A stretch of 64,000 nucleotides of DNA. Origin: Planctomycetota bacterium (GTDB taxonomy: Bacteria > Planctomycetota > UBA8108 > UBA1146). The DNA lies in contig JADHSM010000001.1 of the NCBI GenBank assembly GCA_016776905.1, positions 45,743-109,742 on the forward strand. Direction: 5' to 3'. Positions 1-8,487 of the stretch are shown in pieces. Numbering within the stretch: the stretch's first letter is position 1; each line of letters begins with the position of its first letter. The notes under the pieces are model-generated. The model was not told the DNA's origin, ran no database searches, and saw nothing but the letters and a program-made list of their open reading frames with translations. The position numbers were made by a program, and so were the translations under genes.

Positions 1-787
1 TCGCTGTTGCTGCGAGCAGTGCTGCTACCGCGGATGGTGCGGTCGAATAGGCCGCGGGCATCCATAGGTGAAGCGGGAAGAGAGCCATCTTGAGGGCGAC
101 CCCCGCGAGCAAGAAGGCGCGGGCGGTCAGCACGGTGGCATCGACAGGAGCCAGTAACAATTTGGCGTGTATATCCGCCATGTTCAAAGTTCCGGTCTTG
201 GCGTAGAGCAATCCTATGGCGATGAGTATGAATGACGCGCCGACAGAACCGAGAACCAGATAGTTCAGGGCTGCGGTCAAGGCTTGACGGTTCCGTTGGC
301 GTCCCATGGCGATCAAACCGTAAATGGTCAGGGATGAGATTTCGAGCAAGACGTAAACATTGAAGGCGTCCCCTGTGATAAGGATGCCGAGCAGGCCTGT
401 GATGGCGAGGAGCCAGAGTGACCAGAAGAAACGCCGGCGATCAGCTGGGATCTCATCGTCGACTCCCTGCCGTGAAAACAAAGTGACCATGAAGCCCATG
501 CCCGAGACCAGAGTCGCTAACAGCGCACTGAGCAGATCGATCTTGAGTTCGATGCCGTGTGGGGCGGGCCAACCTCCCAAAGGATAAGAAATTGCGAAGG
601 GAGGAGTCAGAGTGTTTTGTGCATGAATGAAAAGTAGGAGAGTCCCGCTGACAAAGGTGGCCGCTCCTGTGGTCACCAATGCGAGGAGCCAGCCAAAGAT
701 CCCGCGTCCGATGATGGGAGCGAGCACTCCGCCGACGAGCGGGATCAAGACGATCAGTACGGGGAGCATCGAAGTTTCTGAGTTCAT
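1..787 (-). CDS. mrpD: Mrp/Mnh antiporter subunit D (NuoN/NuoM-like proton-pumping membrane subunit); 5' end in window, 3' end runs off the left edge
   Basis: Minus-strand ATG at 787 overlaps the mnhC stop (ATGA). My translation is a polytopic membrane protein, MNSETSMLPVLIVLIPLVGG..., ending in the LHLWMPAAY motif typical of the NuoL/M/N-MrpA/D family. It is absent from the ORF track because it has no stop in the window. Confidence 0.7.
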   Translation of the reverse strand, partial: MNSETSMLPVLIVLIPLVGGVLAPIIGRGIFGWLLALVTTGAATFVSGTLLLFIHAQNTLTPPFAISYPLGGWPAPHGIELKIDLLSALLATLVSGMGFMVTLFSRQGVDDEIPADRRRFFWSLWLLAITGLLGILITGDAFNVYVLLEISSLTIYGLIAMGRQRNRQALTAALNYLVLGSVGASFILIAIGLLYAKTGTLNMADIHAKLLLAPVDATVLTARAFLLAGVALKMALFPLHLWMPAAYSTAPSAVAALLAATA

Positions 788-1155
788 GCACCCTCCTCTG
801 CGTCGGCCCGGTCGATGGTGGCGATTTCATCGGCTTCGATGGTGCCGTACTCCTCGCGCACCCCGATGATCAGGGCTAAAGCGACAGCCATCGTGCTCAA
901 GGAGACGACGATTGCCGTCAGGATCAGCACGTGGGGCAGGGGATTGGTGTAGGTAAGGGGTGCGCCTTCCTGAAGGATGGGGGCCACACCGTCATCGCGT
1001 ACACCCAAGGTGATGTACATGAGGAAGATCCCGGTTTGGAACAGTCCAAGGCCGAGGGTTTTTTTCACCAGATTTTGGCGAGCGATCAGTGTGTACAAAC
1101 CGAGCATCATGATCACCACAAAGGCGATGCTGTTGAAGGTTTCAAAGAGACTCAT
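784..1155 (-). CDS. mrpC: Mrp/Mnh antiporter subunit C (NuoK-like)
   Basis: Internal ATG at 1155 (MSLFETFNSIAFVVIMMLGLYT...) overlaps the upstream gene stop (ATGA). It is a small 3-TM protein resembling MnhC/NuoK. The ORF-track start at 1377 would overlap mnhB and is probably too long. Confidence 0.7.
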   Translation of the reverse strand: MSLFETFNSIAFVVIMMLGLYTLIARQNLVKKTLGLGLFQTGIFLMYITLGVRDDGVAPILQEGAPLTYTNPLPHVLILTAIVVSLSTMAVALALIIGVREEYGTIEADEIATIDRADAEEGA

Positions 1156-1571
1156 GCTGGCTCTCCATTCACCTTGCGCACCATCGTCAAGATGACAGAA
1201 GCGACCGTCAAGCCGACGCCTGCTTCGACCAACGTCATCCCCAATGCTTCGGCGTGGGCCGGATGGGTGGGATCTAGAACAGAATAGTCGAGAAAGTAAC
1301 TGCCTTTTACGAGACCGACGATGCCGACTCCTATATAGAGGAGTACGCCCAAGCTCATCGACAGATCGACGAGCCAAGTGGGCAAGAGTCGATCCGTCAA
1401 CTCTTTGCCGAAAAGAAGCGAGTGCAGAATAAAGGCGGCTGCGACGAGAACGCCTGCTTGGAATCCTCCACCTGGGCCGATTTCTCCATGCATTTGAACA
1501 TAGAGACCATAGACCAGAATGTAGGGGAAGAGCATGCCTCCGATGGTGCGTAGGACGACACTTTCGCTCAT
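1152..1571 (-). CDS. mrpB: Mrp/Mnh antiporter subunit B
   Basis: 139-aa membrane protein with an MnhB-like composition (GGGFQAGVLVAAAFILHSLLFG). It is translationally coupled on both sides. Confidence 0.7.
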   Translation of the reverse strand: MSESVVLRTIGGMLFPYILVYGLYVQMHGEIGPGGGFQAGVLVAAAFILHSLLFGKELTDRLLPTWLVDLSMSLGVLLYIGVGIVGLVKGSYFLDYSVLDPTHPAHAEALGMTLVEAGVGLTVASVILTMVRKVNGEPA

Positions 1572-2176
1572 GCGTCCTCCTTGCTACCGGCGGTTCTTCT
1601 TCGGGCAGACCCTGCTAGCGGCCTCAGAATGATGATGACGCAAACCCCTGCGGTAAAGATCACCGCCGTTTCGAACATCGTGTCGTATCCACGATAGGAC
1701 GCGAGCACCGCCGTCACAGCATTGGGCACGTGATCGCCAAAATCATTTTCAGTGGCTTCGGTAGCACCGACCTTGCCGACCGTTTGTGTGATGTATTCGG
1801 GCGCAACATGAACTGTGGCGGGAGCTAGCGGGTCTCCGAATCGGGGCAGATCTGAGGTGCCGTAAATTAAAACAGCACCGGTGACCAGCACCGTCAATAA
1901 TGCCGTGGGGTGGAAGTTGGGGCCCGCCTTTTCACGGGTTCCTGTTCTGGTCAAAGCCGTGAGAAGAAGAATGGTGGAAGCGCCTGCACCGACAGCAGCC
2001 TCAGTGTAAGAGACATCCATGGCGAAGAGATTGGCCCATTCGATAGCGAGCAGGAGACTGTAGATCCCCATCAGCATCACGGCTCCGAGAAGGTCTCGTG
2101 TCCACATGGCAGCGAGAGCGGCTCCGATGGCAAGGAGGAGCAAGAGGACATTGATGAGCAGTACAGGATCACTCAT
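1568..2176 (-). CDS. MrpA C-terminal-like / MbhD-like membrane subunit (DUF4040 plus MnhB-like region)
   Basis: ATG at 2176 is preceded by GGAGGAGG (MSDPVLLINVLLLLLAIGAALA...). It is a hydrophobic protein of about 200 aa between mrpG and mrpB, as in Mbh-type clusters. The ORF-track start at 2224 would overlap mrpG. Confidence 0.6.
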   Translation of the reverse strand: MSDPVLLINVLLLLLAIGAALAAMWTRDLLGAVMLMGIYSLLLAIEWANLFAMDVSYTEAAVGAGASTILLLTALTRTGTREKAGPNFHPTALLTVLVTGAVLIYGTSDLPRFGDPLAPATVHVAPEYITQTVGKVGATEATENDFGDHVPNAVTAVLASYRGYDTMFETAVIFTAGVCVIIILRPLAGSARRRTAGSKEDA

Positions 2177-2528
2177 TCGTATCCTCCTCCTTTTGGGAGA
2201 AGTCCGCTTCCTTTGAGTCCGCACCGGTCCAGGGCTTCATTCCTGATAACTGAGCGACTCTGGAGATGGCATGTGTCGAGGCGGGAGTGGTGACAAAAAG
2301 CAGTAAAGAGATTGCGACCAGTTTGCCCACCGAAAGACCATCTCCTGAAGAATCGAGGATGACTTTCAGGGAAAGTCCTCCCAAGATCAGCAGCTGGCCG
2401 AGCGTATCAGAGGTTCCAGCGGGATGAAGTCGAGAGTAGAAGTCCGGGAGTCTCAGGATTCCGAGTGAACCACTGAAGGCGAAAAAACCACCCAGAATCA
2501 TCAGTGCGTCGGCCACGTATTCCAGCAT
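2169..2528 (-). CDS. mrpG: Mrp/Mnh antiporter subunit G
   Basis: 119 aa, MLEYVADALMILGGFFAFSGSLGILRLPDFYSRLHPAGTSDTLG, a classic MnhG N-terminus. Confidence 0.75.
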   Translation of the reverse strand: MLEYVADALMILGGFFAFSGSLGILRLPDFYSRLHPAGTSDTLGQLLILGGLSLKVILDSSGDGLSVGKLVAISLLLFVTTPASTHAISRVAQLSGMKPWTGADSKEADFSQKEEDTNE

Positions 2529-2788
2529 CAGCCTAGCCTCCGTGTCTCAACAAATTTGAGCAGGGCAATGGTGCCGAGGAAGTTGACCAGAGCATAGAGC
2601 ACGGCGATATCAAGAAAACCTGTGCGGTCGCCGATGTAACCCAGAAGAGCCAGAAGGACGACGGTTTTTGTACCAAAGACATTCACCGCGAGAACGCGAT
2701 CAAAAGTAGTGGGACCCTTGACCGCCCTCAGCAAGGCAAGGAATGCTCCTCCGATGACAAGGAGCGCCGTGATCAGTTCGGCATTCAT
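2528..2788 (-). CDS. mrpF: Mrp/Mnh antiporter subunit F
   Basis: 86-aa 3-TM protein, MNAELITALLVIGGAFLALLRAVKGPTTFDRVLAVNVFGTKTVVLLALLGY, matching MnhF/MrpF. Confidence 0.75.
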   Translation of the reverse strand: MNAELITALLVIGGAFLALLRAVKGPTTFDRVLAVNVFGTKTVVLLALLGYIGDRTGFLDIAVLYALVNFLGTIALLKFVETRRLG

Positions 2789-3297
2789 GATGAGGAGGCC
2801 CCCTCGGTGTCTATGGACTCTCCCGAGGTTGGAATCATTTTTTGAATGCGGCTCGTCATCGATCCATCGAGGACACCCTTTTCAGCATCGTCCGTCAGCG
2901 CATGGACCAATAGTTGATCCTCCGTCACGTCGATGGTCACGGTACCTGGGGTCAACGTAATGGAGTTGGCGAGGAGAGTTTGGGCGAGGGGGTGTCGGAT
3001 GGAGTGGGGGACCTTGACCAACCTGGGTTGGATCGAGGACCGGAGACTCCATGAATGCCGGGTCACATCGAGACTGGCGAGTACGATTTGGTAAATCAGC
3101 CAGGGAAGATAGAAAAGGAATCGTGGAATCGATTCGACAGGCTGGTAAACCTCACCGATCAGTCCGAGACGATGGCAACAGAACACTGCGAGAGCTGAAG
3201 AGATCACTCCAGAGCCGACGAGGAATGTGGATTCGAATTGGCCCGAAAGGAGCAACCAGAAGCCGATCAGTGATAGAAGCAATAGTAACGAACGCAA
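2785..3297 (-). CDS. mrpE: Mrp/Mnh antiporter subunit E
   Basis: 170 aa. It has N-terminal TM helices followed by a soluble tail, and its stop overlaps the mrpF start (ATGA). Confidence 0.65.
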   Translation of the reverse strand: MRSLLLLLSLIGFWLLLSGQFESTFLVGSGVISSALAVFCCHRLGLIGEVYQPVESIPRFLFYLPWLIYQIVLASLDVTRHSWSLRSSIQPRLVKVPHSIRHPLAQTLLANSITLTPGTVTIDVTEDQLLVHALTDDAEKGVLDGSMTSRIQKMIPTSGESIDTEGASSS

Positions 3298-3507
3298 GTT
3301 CGGCTGCCTTGTCCATGTCAGTGTGTGAATGTGGTTTTCCGAGATCTGGAAGTGATCACCCTCAGGCCGTCAGCTCCCCAGATACTTCGACTCGAAAGAA
3401 GATGGCATGGTAATTTGCGATTGTCTACCTCTGACCCCAACAGGATTCACTCCCATAGATCAGTCTTGCCGGGTAGTCTTTTGTTTCGAGTCTCGAAAAG
3501 AGAACCG

Positions 3508-4482
3508 ATGCGACGTCGGGCTTGGGTCGAGACTTCAGGAGGCACCTTGGAATTTGAAACATTCGCTGGATTATTAGCAGCGTCATGCTGGGCGACAGGG
3601 AGTTATCTCTTCAGCCGCATGGATGCTCCTGCGATGGCTTTGAATCTCGGGAAAAATATAGTGGCAGGCACACTTCTTGTGATCAGTTTGCCCTTTGCCG
3701 GATTAGGCCTTGAAGTGTGGCTCGATGCCACTGTTCGGGATTTCACCTGGCTCTTTTTGAGTGGAATCGTCGGGATCATGATCGGTGATTCCGCCTACTT
3801 CCGGAGTATCCAAATCCTAGGGCCCCGTCGGGCGTTGGTTTTGACGACTTTGACTCCGCCCGTTTCTGCATTGCTGGGTTGGTTTTGGCTCGCAGAGGTC
3901 CTCCAATCAGGTCAGTTATTGGCGATCTTGGTGACTCTTGTCGGGATTTTCTTGGTGATTCGTGATCAGGATTTGGCTTCTGACCGTGCTCAATGGCGGG
4001 CGGGGAAGCCGGTGGATGGAATAATTCTGGGAATCGTGGCCGCGCTTTGCCAAGCCACAGGCATCGCACTGTCCAAAGTGGTGATGCAATCATCATTGGG
4101 AGCTTTGGAAGTTTCTGCGGTGCGCATTGGCACTGCAGTGGTGGGAGGCGTCGTCTTCGCTGCCTGCACGGGTCAATTGGGCAGTTGGCTCAAGCCGCTT
4201 CGTCGATGGGATTTGTTTCCAGTACTCTTTGTGGCCAGCGCTATCGGAACCTACTTCGGAATCTGGCTGAGTCATATCTCGGTCGATGCCGTGAGTTTAG
4301 CCATTGCAACAACTCAAATGTCGATGACGCCTGTCTTCATGGTGTTGATCGTCGCCATCGCCTTGAGAAAGAAGATCGCACCCTTAGCGTTGGGTGGAAT
4401 CTTACTCGCAGTGGCAGGTGTCGCTTTATTGATGATGCCCGAAGGCGCTTCCCGCTGGCTGGATCAGGTCTTCGGTTTATAG
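3508..4482 (+). CDS. EamA-like (DMT superfamily) transporter
   Basis: 10-TM protein with two EamA-like halves. The internal ATG at 3508 (MRRRAWV...) is more plausible than the ORF-track start at 3325, which overlaps mrpE. Confidence 0.65.
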   Translation: MRRRAWVETSGGTLEFETFAGLLAASCWATGSYLFSRMDAPAMALNLGKNIVAGTLLVISLPFAGLGLEVWLDATVRDFTWLFLSGIVGIMIGDSAYFRSIQILGPRRALVLTTLTPPVSALLGWFWLAEVLQSGQLLAILVTLVGIFLVIRDQDLASDRAQWRAGKPVDGIILGIVAALCQATGIALSKVVMQSSLGALEVSAVRIGTAVVGGVVFAACTGQLGSWLKPLRRWDLFPVLFVASAIGTYFGIWLSHISVDAVSLAIATTQMSMTPVFMVLIVAIALRKKIAPLALGGILLAVAGVALLMMPEGASRWLDQVFGL

Positions 4483-4811
4483 ATCAGATAGAGGTTGCGG
4501 CTGTACATCAGGATTCCAGCGGCCTGTGCGAGCATGATCGGCAAGTCGACATTGTGCCAAGCATAGATAAACAGTCCGATCCCGCCTGCGATACTGAACC
4601 ACCAAAAGAGAACCGGTATGGTCGATTGCCCCTGCTTTTCACTCGCGATCCATTGCACCAACCAGCGGGCAAAAAAGATCGATTGGGCACCCAATCCAAA
4701 CCAGACCCAAACATCCCCAGTCAGTTTGGCTTTGAGTTGTTCGAAGTAGGTGGGTTCACCCGTACTGACCATTGCCAGAGTCAAAAGTGAAGTGGTAAAG
4801 AAAGCCGACAT
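4464..4811 (-). CDS. LAB_N (lipid-A-disaccharide synthase N-terminal-like) small membrane protein
   Basis: 115-aa 3-TM protein, WFGLGAQSIFFARWLVQWIASEKQGQSTIPVLFWWFSIAGGIGLFIYA. It lies immediately downstream of the GT2 gene, the usual arrangement for this family. Confidence 0.55.
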   Translation of the reverse strand: MSAFFTTSLLTLAMVSTGEPTYFEQLKAKLTGDVWVWFGLGAQSIFFARWLVQWIASEKQGQSTIPVLFWWFSIAGGIGLFIYAWHNVDLPIMLAQAAGILMYSRNLYLIYKPKT

Positions 4812-5537
4812 TTAGAGGGTCTCCCTCGCTGAATATCTCAGGGCTCTTTTGAGCATTCTTCTCACCATTAAGAGATCTAAGAATGCAGGGATCCCTCTTC
4901 CCAGTGGTGAGTATTTGCTGGTGCCCAACTCTCTGGAGCGATGTGAGACGTCCACCTCCACTGTTCGACCACCTCGCATATGAACGATGTAAGGGAAGAA
5001 GCGATGAAGACCGTTGTAGAGTGTGACGTCTTGAATGATCTCGCGGCGAAAAATCTTTAGCGAGCAACCCACGTCTTGAAATGTGATACCGAGAAGTCGG
5101 TTACGAATCGCATTGGCAGTTTTTTGTGCAAAGGTTCTGATCCAAGGGTCCTGACGTTTTGCCCTGACTCCCAACACAGCATCGACTCCCGGAGTGAGTT
5201 CCATCATGTGTGGAATATCGGCAGGGTCATTCTGGCCGTCTGCGTCCATAGTGATGAGGAACTCTCCGCGTGCCGCAGAGAATCCCGCTTCAAAGGCTGC
5301 GGTTTGTCCACTGTTGGGAACAAGAGTGAGGACCCTTAACCCTGGAGTGGTTTCGCGTCTGCGTTCGAGGAATGCAGGTGTGCCATCGGTTGAGCCGTCG
5401 TCGATGACGATGACTTCAAAAGGGCGATTGAGTTCATTGAGGACGGCGAAAACTTCATCGAGTAAAGGGGGCAGAGCCTCCTCCTCGTTGAATGCGGGAA
5501 TCACCGCGGAAATCTCAATCGTTTCAGCCCGGTTCAC
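4812..5537 (-). CDS. Family 2 glycosyltransferase, polyprenyl-phosphate sugar transferase type (DPM1/ArnC-like)
   Basis: VIPAFNEEEALPP...VIVIDDGSTDGT...ITMDADGQNDP, the GT2 DxD signature. Confidence 0.8.
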   Translation of the reverse strand: MNRAETIEISAVIPAFNEEEALPPLLDEVFAVLNELNRPFEVIVIDDGSTDGTPAFLERRRETTPGLRVLTLVPNSGQTAAFEAGFSAARGEFLITMDADGQNDPADIPHMMELTPGVDAVLGVRAKRQDPWIRTFAQKTANAIRNRLLGITFQDVGCSLKIFRREIIQDVTLYNGLHRFFPYIVHMRGGRTVEVDVSHRSRELGTSKYSPLGRGIPAFLDLLMVRRMLKRALRYSARETL

Positions 5538-5732
5538 GTTTGCCTACCTCTCTGGCTTGACGAAATGTCGGCCGCTCCCGGGATGCTATAGGAGTCATCT
5601 AAATTCAGCAACGAGACCCAGAACATCTCTAAACATCTTCGTGAATTGATCTTAATAGGCCGAATGACTGCACGAGAAGAGACCTGTGTGGAATATCTGC
5701 AGGAAATGCGGCCACCGCATTGTTATTCAGGG

Positions 5733-7247
5733 TTAGCAGGCGTCTAGGACAGTATCGGCAAGAGCTCGACCGAGGTCGCCCTCGACCACTAGACCTGCCA
5801 GATCGACGGGAGCCGGATTGAGCTGGAGTCGAAGTATGTCTTCGGCTTTTCGTTCGTCGTCCACTCTTCGGAATCGAGGGCCCACACCGGCTAAGCGGAG
5901 TCCTTCGGAGATCAGTTGTGCACTCAGATAGCCGCAACCCGGATCGTCCAGCGGCAGGTCAACAAAGATAGTGGCTGCTGAGGCTGAAGTGGTCATTGCA
6001 TTGATCGCAGCTTGAATCCCATCAAAGGCTCCGCTCGTGACCTGATCGAGTGCAATCCAAGCGACTCCTCGCGCGGAATCGAATCGAGTGTGGATAGCCG
6101 AATGACCGTTCACGGGGGGGGGTTGATCGGTCTCGAAGACGATCTCCCTTTGGCGAGCTTGATAGAGGGGATTCAGAATCGGAACGAGTTCGGGGGGGAC
6201 AAACGCTCGAAGCATAGGTTCTTCAGTGAGGGGGTCCCAATATAGAAAACAAGAATGGCGCGCAGATTTGCCCTCACTCTCGCTTTCTCCTGAGACGCCG
6301 CCGCGTAATGAGGCTTCTGCGGGCGTGGTTCCGAGACAAAGTCCAGTGGGGGTGGAGCCAAATTTGAGGTTCATGCGCTGACTGATGGGATGCCGAGCTG
6401 TCGGTTGGCTCCATATGCCCAACAGACCGAGGCGAGCACCCGCGGCTTCTACAGCCGATCGCATCGGCTTCATCAATCCATGGCCTCGATGTCTGTGATC
6501 GATGACGGCTTGCCCGGCTTCGCCGATGGGTTCGAGCTCGGGCCTTTCGAGCGCATAATGCCCGACAATTTCCCCACCCGGAGATTCGCAGATGATCGAG
6601 TGGAGTCTTCCTTCTTGATTCAGTGCATCGATTCGCTCGGGAATATACAAATCCTGATTCGGATAGGAACGCCCATAAGCTTCGTAGATCCGGCGAGCGA
6701 CCTCAAGCCCGTCTCCTTGTCGGTATTCACGGATTTTGTATTCACCGGTTTTGTCAGAAGGCGACGTATCAGCGTGAGCATTCTCCGCTTCTTCACGATC
6801 GAGGCGGTGTCGAACCTCTTCCAAGAGTTCAATCGTAGGATGTTCTCGTTTTACTTTGAGGTGAAGTTCGGATCCCTCGTGTCCTTTTTGGACCCACCAG
6901 AGACGATCGAAGATGGTGTTGGGCCTGATTCGATCAGTGATATCCAAACCGGAGCTTTCAGTGAGGTCTCCTCCCAAAGGAGTTCCATGCTCGAGGATTT
7001 TGAATTCCAGGGCATGGGCGTCTATCGTCACTCCTATTTCGAGTGGAACGATCGTGTCACCTTCATGAGCAAGTGTGCGTTCGATCAGTTCAACACCGCA
7101 AAGAAAAGCCTCGAGTAGGTCTTGTCGACGAGTCCCAGAAAATTCTGCGAGATCGAGTGCTCGACTGGCGAAATCTTGTACCAGAGGTGCGAGTTCTGGG
7201 AGGCCAGGAAGATCGATTTTGAGATCGATTTGATCGGGGGTATTCAT
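5733..7247 (-). CDS. Fusion protein: RsbW/SpoIIAB-like HATPase (anti-sigma Ser kinase-like) N-domain, GNAT acetyltransferase, and a C-terminal domain of unknown function
   Basis: ATG at 7247 has GGAG upstream (MNTPDQIDLK...). The N-terminal 130 aa resemble anti-sigma regulatory kinases. The middle region carries GNAT motifs (LHSIICESPGGEIVGHYALE...VIDHRHRGHGLMKPM). The ORF-track start at 7304 is a TTG reading through a 12-bp tandem duplication. Confidence 0.5.
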   Translation of the reverse strand: MNTPDQIDLKIDLPGLPELAPLVQDFASRALDLAEFSGTRRQDLLEAFLCGVELIERTLAHEGDTIVPLEIGVTIDAHALEFKILEHGTPLGGDLTESSGLDITDRIRPNTIFDRLWWVQKGHEGSELHLKVKREHPTIELLEEVRHRLDREEAENAHADTSPSDKTGEYKIREYRQGDGLEVARRIYEAYGRSYPNQDLYIPERIDALNQEGRLHSIICESPGGEIVGHYALERPELEPIGEAGQAVIDHRHRGHGLMKPMRSAVEAAGARLGLLGIWSQPTARHPISQRMNLKFGSTPTGLCLGTTPAEASLRGGVSGESESEGKSARHSCFLYWDPLTEEPMLRAFVPPELVPILNPLYQARQREIVFETDQPPPVNGHSAIHTRFDSARGVAWIALDQVTSGAFDGIQAAINAMTTSASAATIFVDLPLDDPGCGYLSAQLISEGLRLAGVGPRFRRVDDERKAEDILRLQLNPAPVDLAGLVVEGDLGRALADTVLDAC

Positions 7248-7278
7248 CTCAAAAGACTCCCTTTCAGCAGGCACTGTT

Positions 7279-7334
7279 TCATGGGGGCCTTCATGGGGGC
7301 CCAAGGAGGTTATCTGCGGAGGTTATCTGCGGAG
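7279..7334. repeat. Two adjacent short tandem duplications (12 bp x2: tcatgggggcct; 13 bp x2: ggttatctgcgga) in the intergenic/5' region
   Basis: Read directly from the sequence at 7279-7302 and 7308-7333. Confidence 0.85.
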
Positions 7335-8486
7335 GGCGTCCACAGCGGACCTCGAAGACGCGACCCAGGCAGGGATGGCTCCACCCACAACTCCCAAAAT
7401 GAATGAGAGTCCTAGTGCGGTCAGTGCAATGGTGGGCGAAAGCTGAAAAGAGAAACTGATGTCGGTAAAGGTATTAAAGTTTGCCGCCCCAGTCTCGATC
7501 CCATGGAAGGGTGCAACAAGCCCCAGTCCTACCAATCCTCCGATGAGACCGACTTGAGCCGATTCGAGAAGGAACGAGAGAAAAATTTCTTTACGACTGT
7601 ATCCGATCGCGAGAAGAATCCCGATTTCATGATTTCTGGCAGAGACCGTCGCAAGCATTGTATTCATCGTTCCAATGACCGCTGCAGATCCCATGATGAG
7701 GGTCAAGAAAGCGGACAAGTAGAGTAATGCTGTGCTCAGTCCGGTGGTCTGCTTCGACAGGTATGAACTCTGCGAACTGATCTCAAAGTTAAGTCTGGGG
7801 TCTTCAGTGAGCTCCTCATTGAGTTGTTCGAAGTCAACACCGTCAACCATACGAGCAATCACTCTGCTGTATGCAGGGCGGTCGAGGGCTTCCAGCATTC
7901 GGTCGACGGGACCCCATATCTCGCTCCCTTGTGCACTATCAAACTCATAGACTCCGACGACCTTGAAGGGAGTGGTATTCAGTTTGAGGGTGTCACCGAG
8001 AGAGCAATCTTTCATACGATTGACGAGGGGGCGGCCGACGACGACTTCATCGGCATCCCAATTGGGCCAGCTTCCCTCGAGCAGTCGTGGTGGATCGGGG
8101 TGCAGAGTCAGTGAAGCGGCTTCGATACCCCGGAGAGGAGCATTCACCAGACCCCCTTCGATCTTTTCCATGTATAAGGCGAGGAAACATTCAGCGGCTG
8201 CGAGGGGGCGTCCTTCGCTGTCTCTTTGTATTTCCGCTCGCTCTTTGATGATGATTCGGGCCGATTCTCTGGGAATCCCGGATTCGCCCTCAGAGGTCGA
8301 ACCGGGTCTCAAGTAGATACCGACTTGATCTGCGCCCAGTGGTTTGAAAAGTTGTTCAAAACCGTTTCGCAGGGAAAGGACTCCACACAATACAGCGGTG
8401 GTCAGTCCAATTCCCAAGGCCGTAAAAGCCACCTGAGATCGGCGTCGAACGAGATTGCGAGTGGTGTATCCGGTAGGGAGTGCCAT
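7323..8486 (-). CDS. ABC transporter permease, FtsX/MacB family
   Basis: 387 aa. It has an N-terminal TM helix, a large periplasmic domain and a C-terminal FtsX-like 3-TM bundle. It is the last gene of a four-gene exporter operon. Confidence 0.75.
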   Translation of the reverse strand: MALPTGYTTRNLVRRRSQVAFTALGIGLTTAVLCGVLSLRNGFEQLFKPLGADQVGIYLRPGSTSEGESGIPRESARIIIKERAEIQRDSEGRPLAAAECFLALYMEKIEGGLVNAPLRGIEAASLTLHPDPPRLLEGSWPNWDADEVVVGRPLVNRMKDCSLGDTLKLNTTPFKVVGVYEFDSAQGSEIWGPVDRMLEALDRPAYSRVIARMVDGVDFEQLNEELTEDPRLNFEISSQSSYLSKQTTGLSTALLYLSAFLTLIMGSAAVIGTMNTMLATVSARNHEIGILLAIGYSRKEIFLSFLLESAQVGLIGGLVGLGLVAPFHGIETGAANFNTFTDISFSFQLSPTIALTALGLSFILGVVGGAIPAWVASSRSAVDALRR

Positions 8487-8487
8487 G

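Noticed and set aside
360-1287. ORF-track entries 360..587(+), 453..830(-), 627..869(+) and 931..1287(+), with low-complexity Arg/Pro-rich translations
   Set aside because: They lie antisense or out of frame within the clearly membrane-protein-coding mrpD/mrpC genes and show no membrane or domain signal. They are typical shadow ORFs in GC-rich DNA.
7248-7304. N-terminal extensions MGPHEGPHE (5733..7304) and MNGDLNGDLNGNLNG (27114..)
   Set aside because: Both begin at TTG and read through 12-bp tandem duplications. Internal ATGs with SD-like tracts (7247, 27165) give sensible N-termini.
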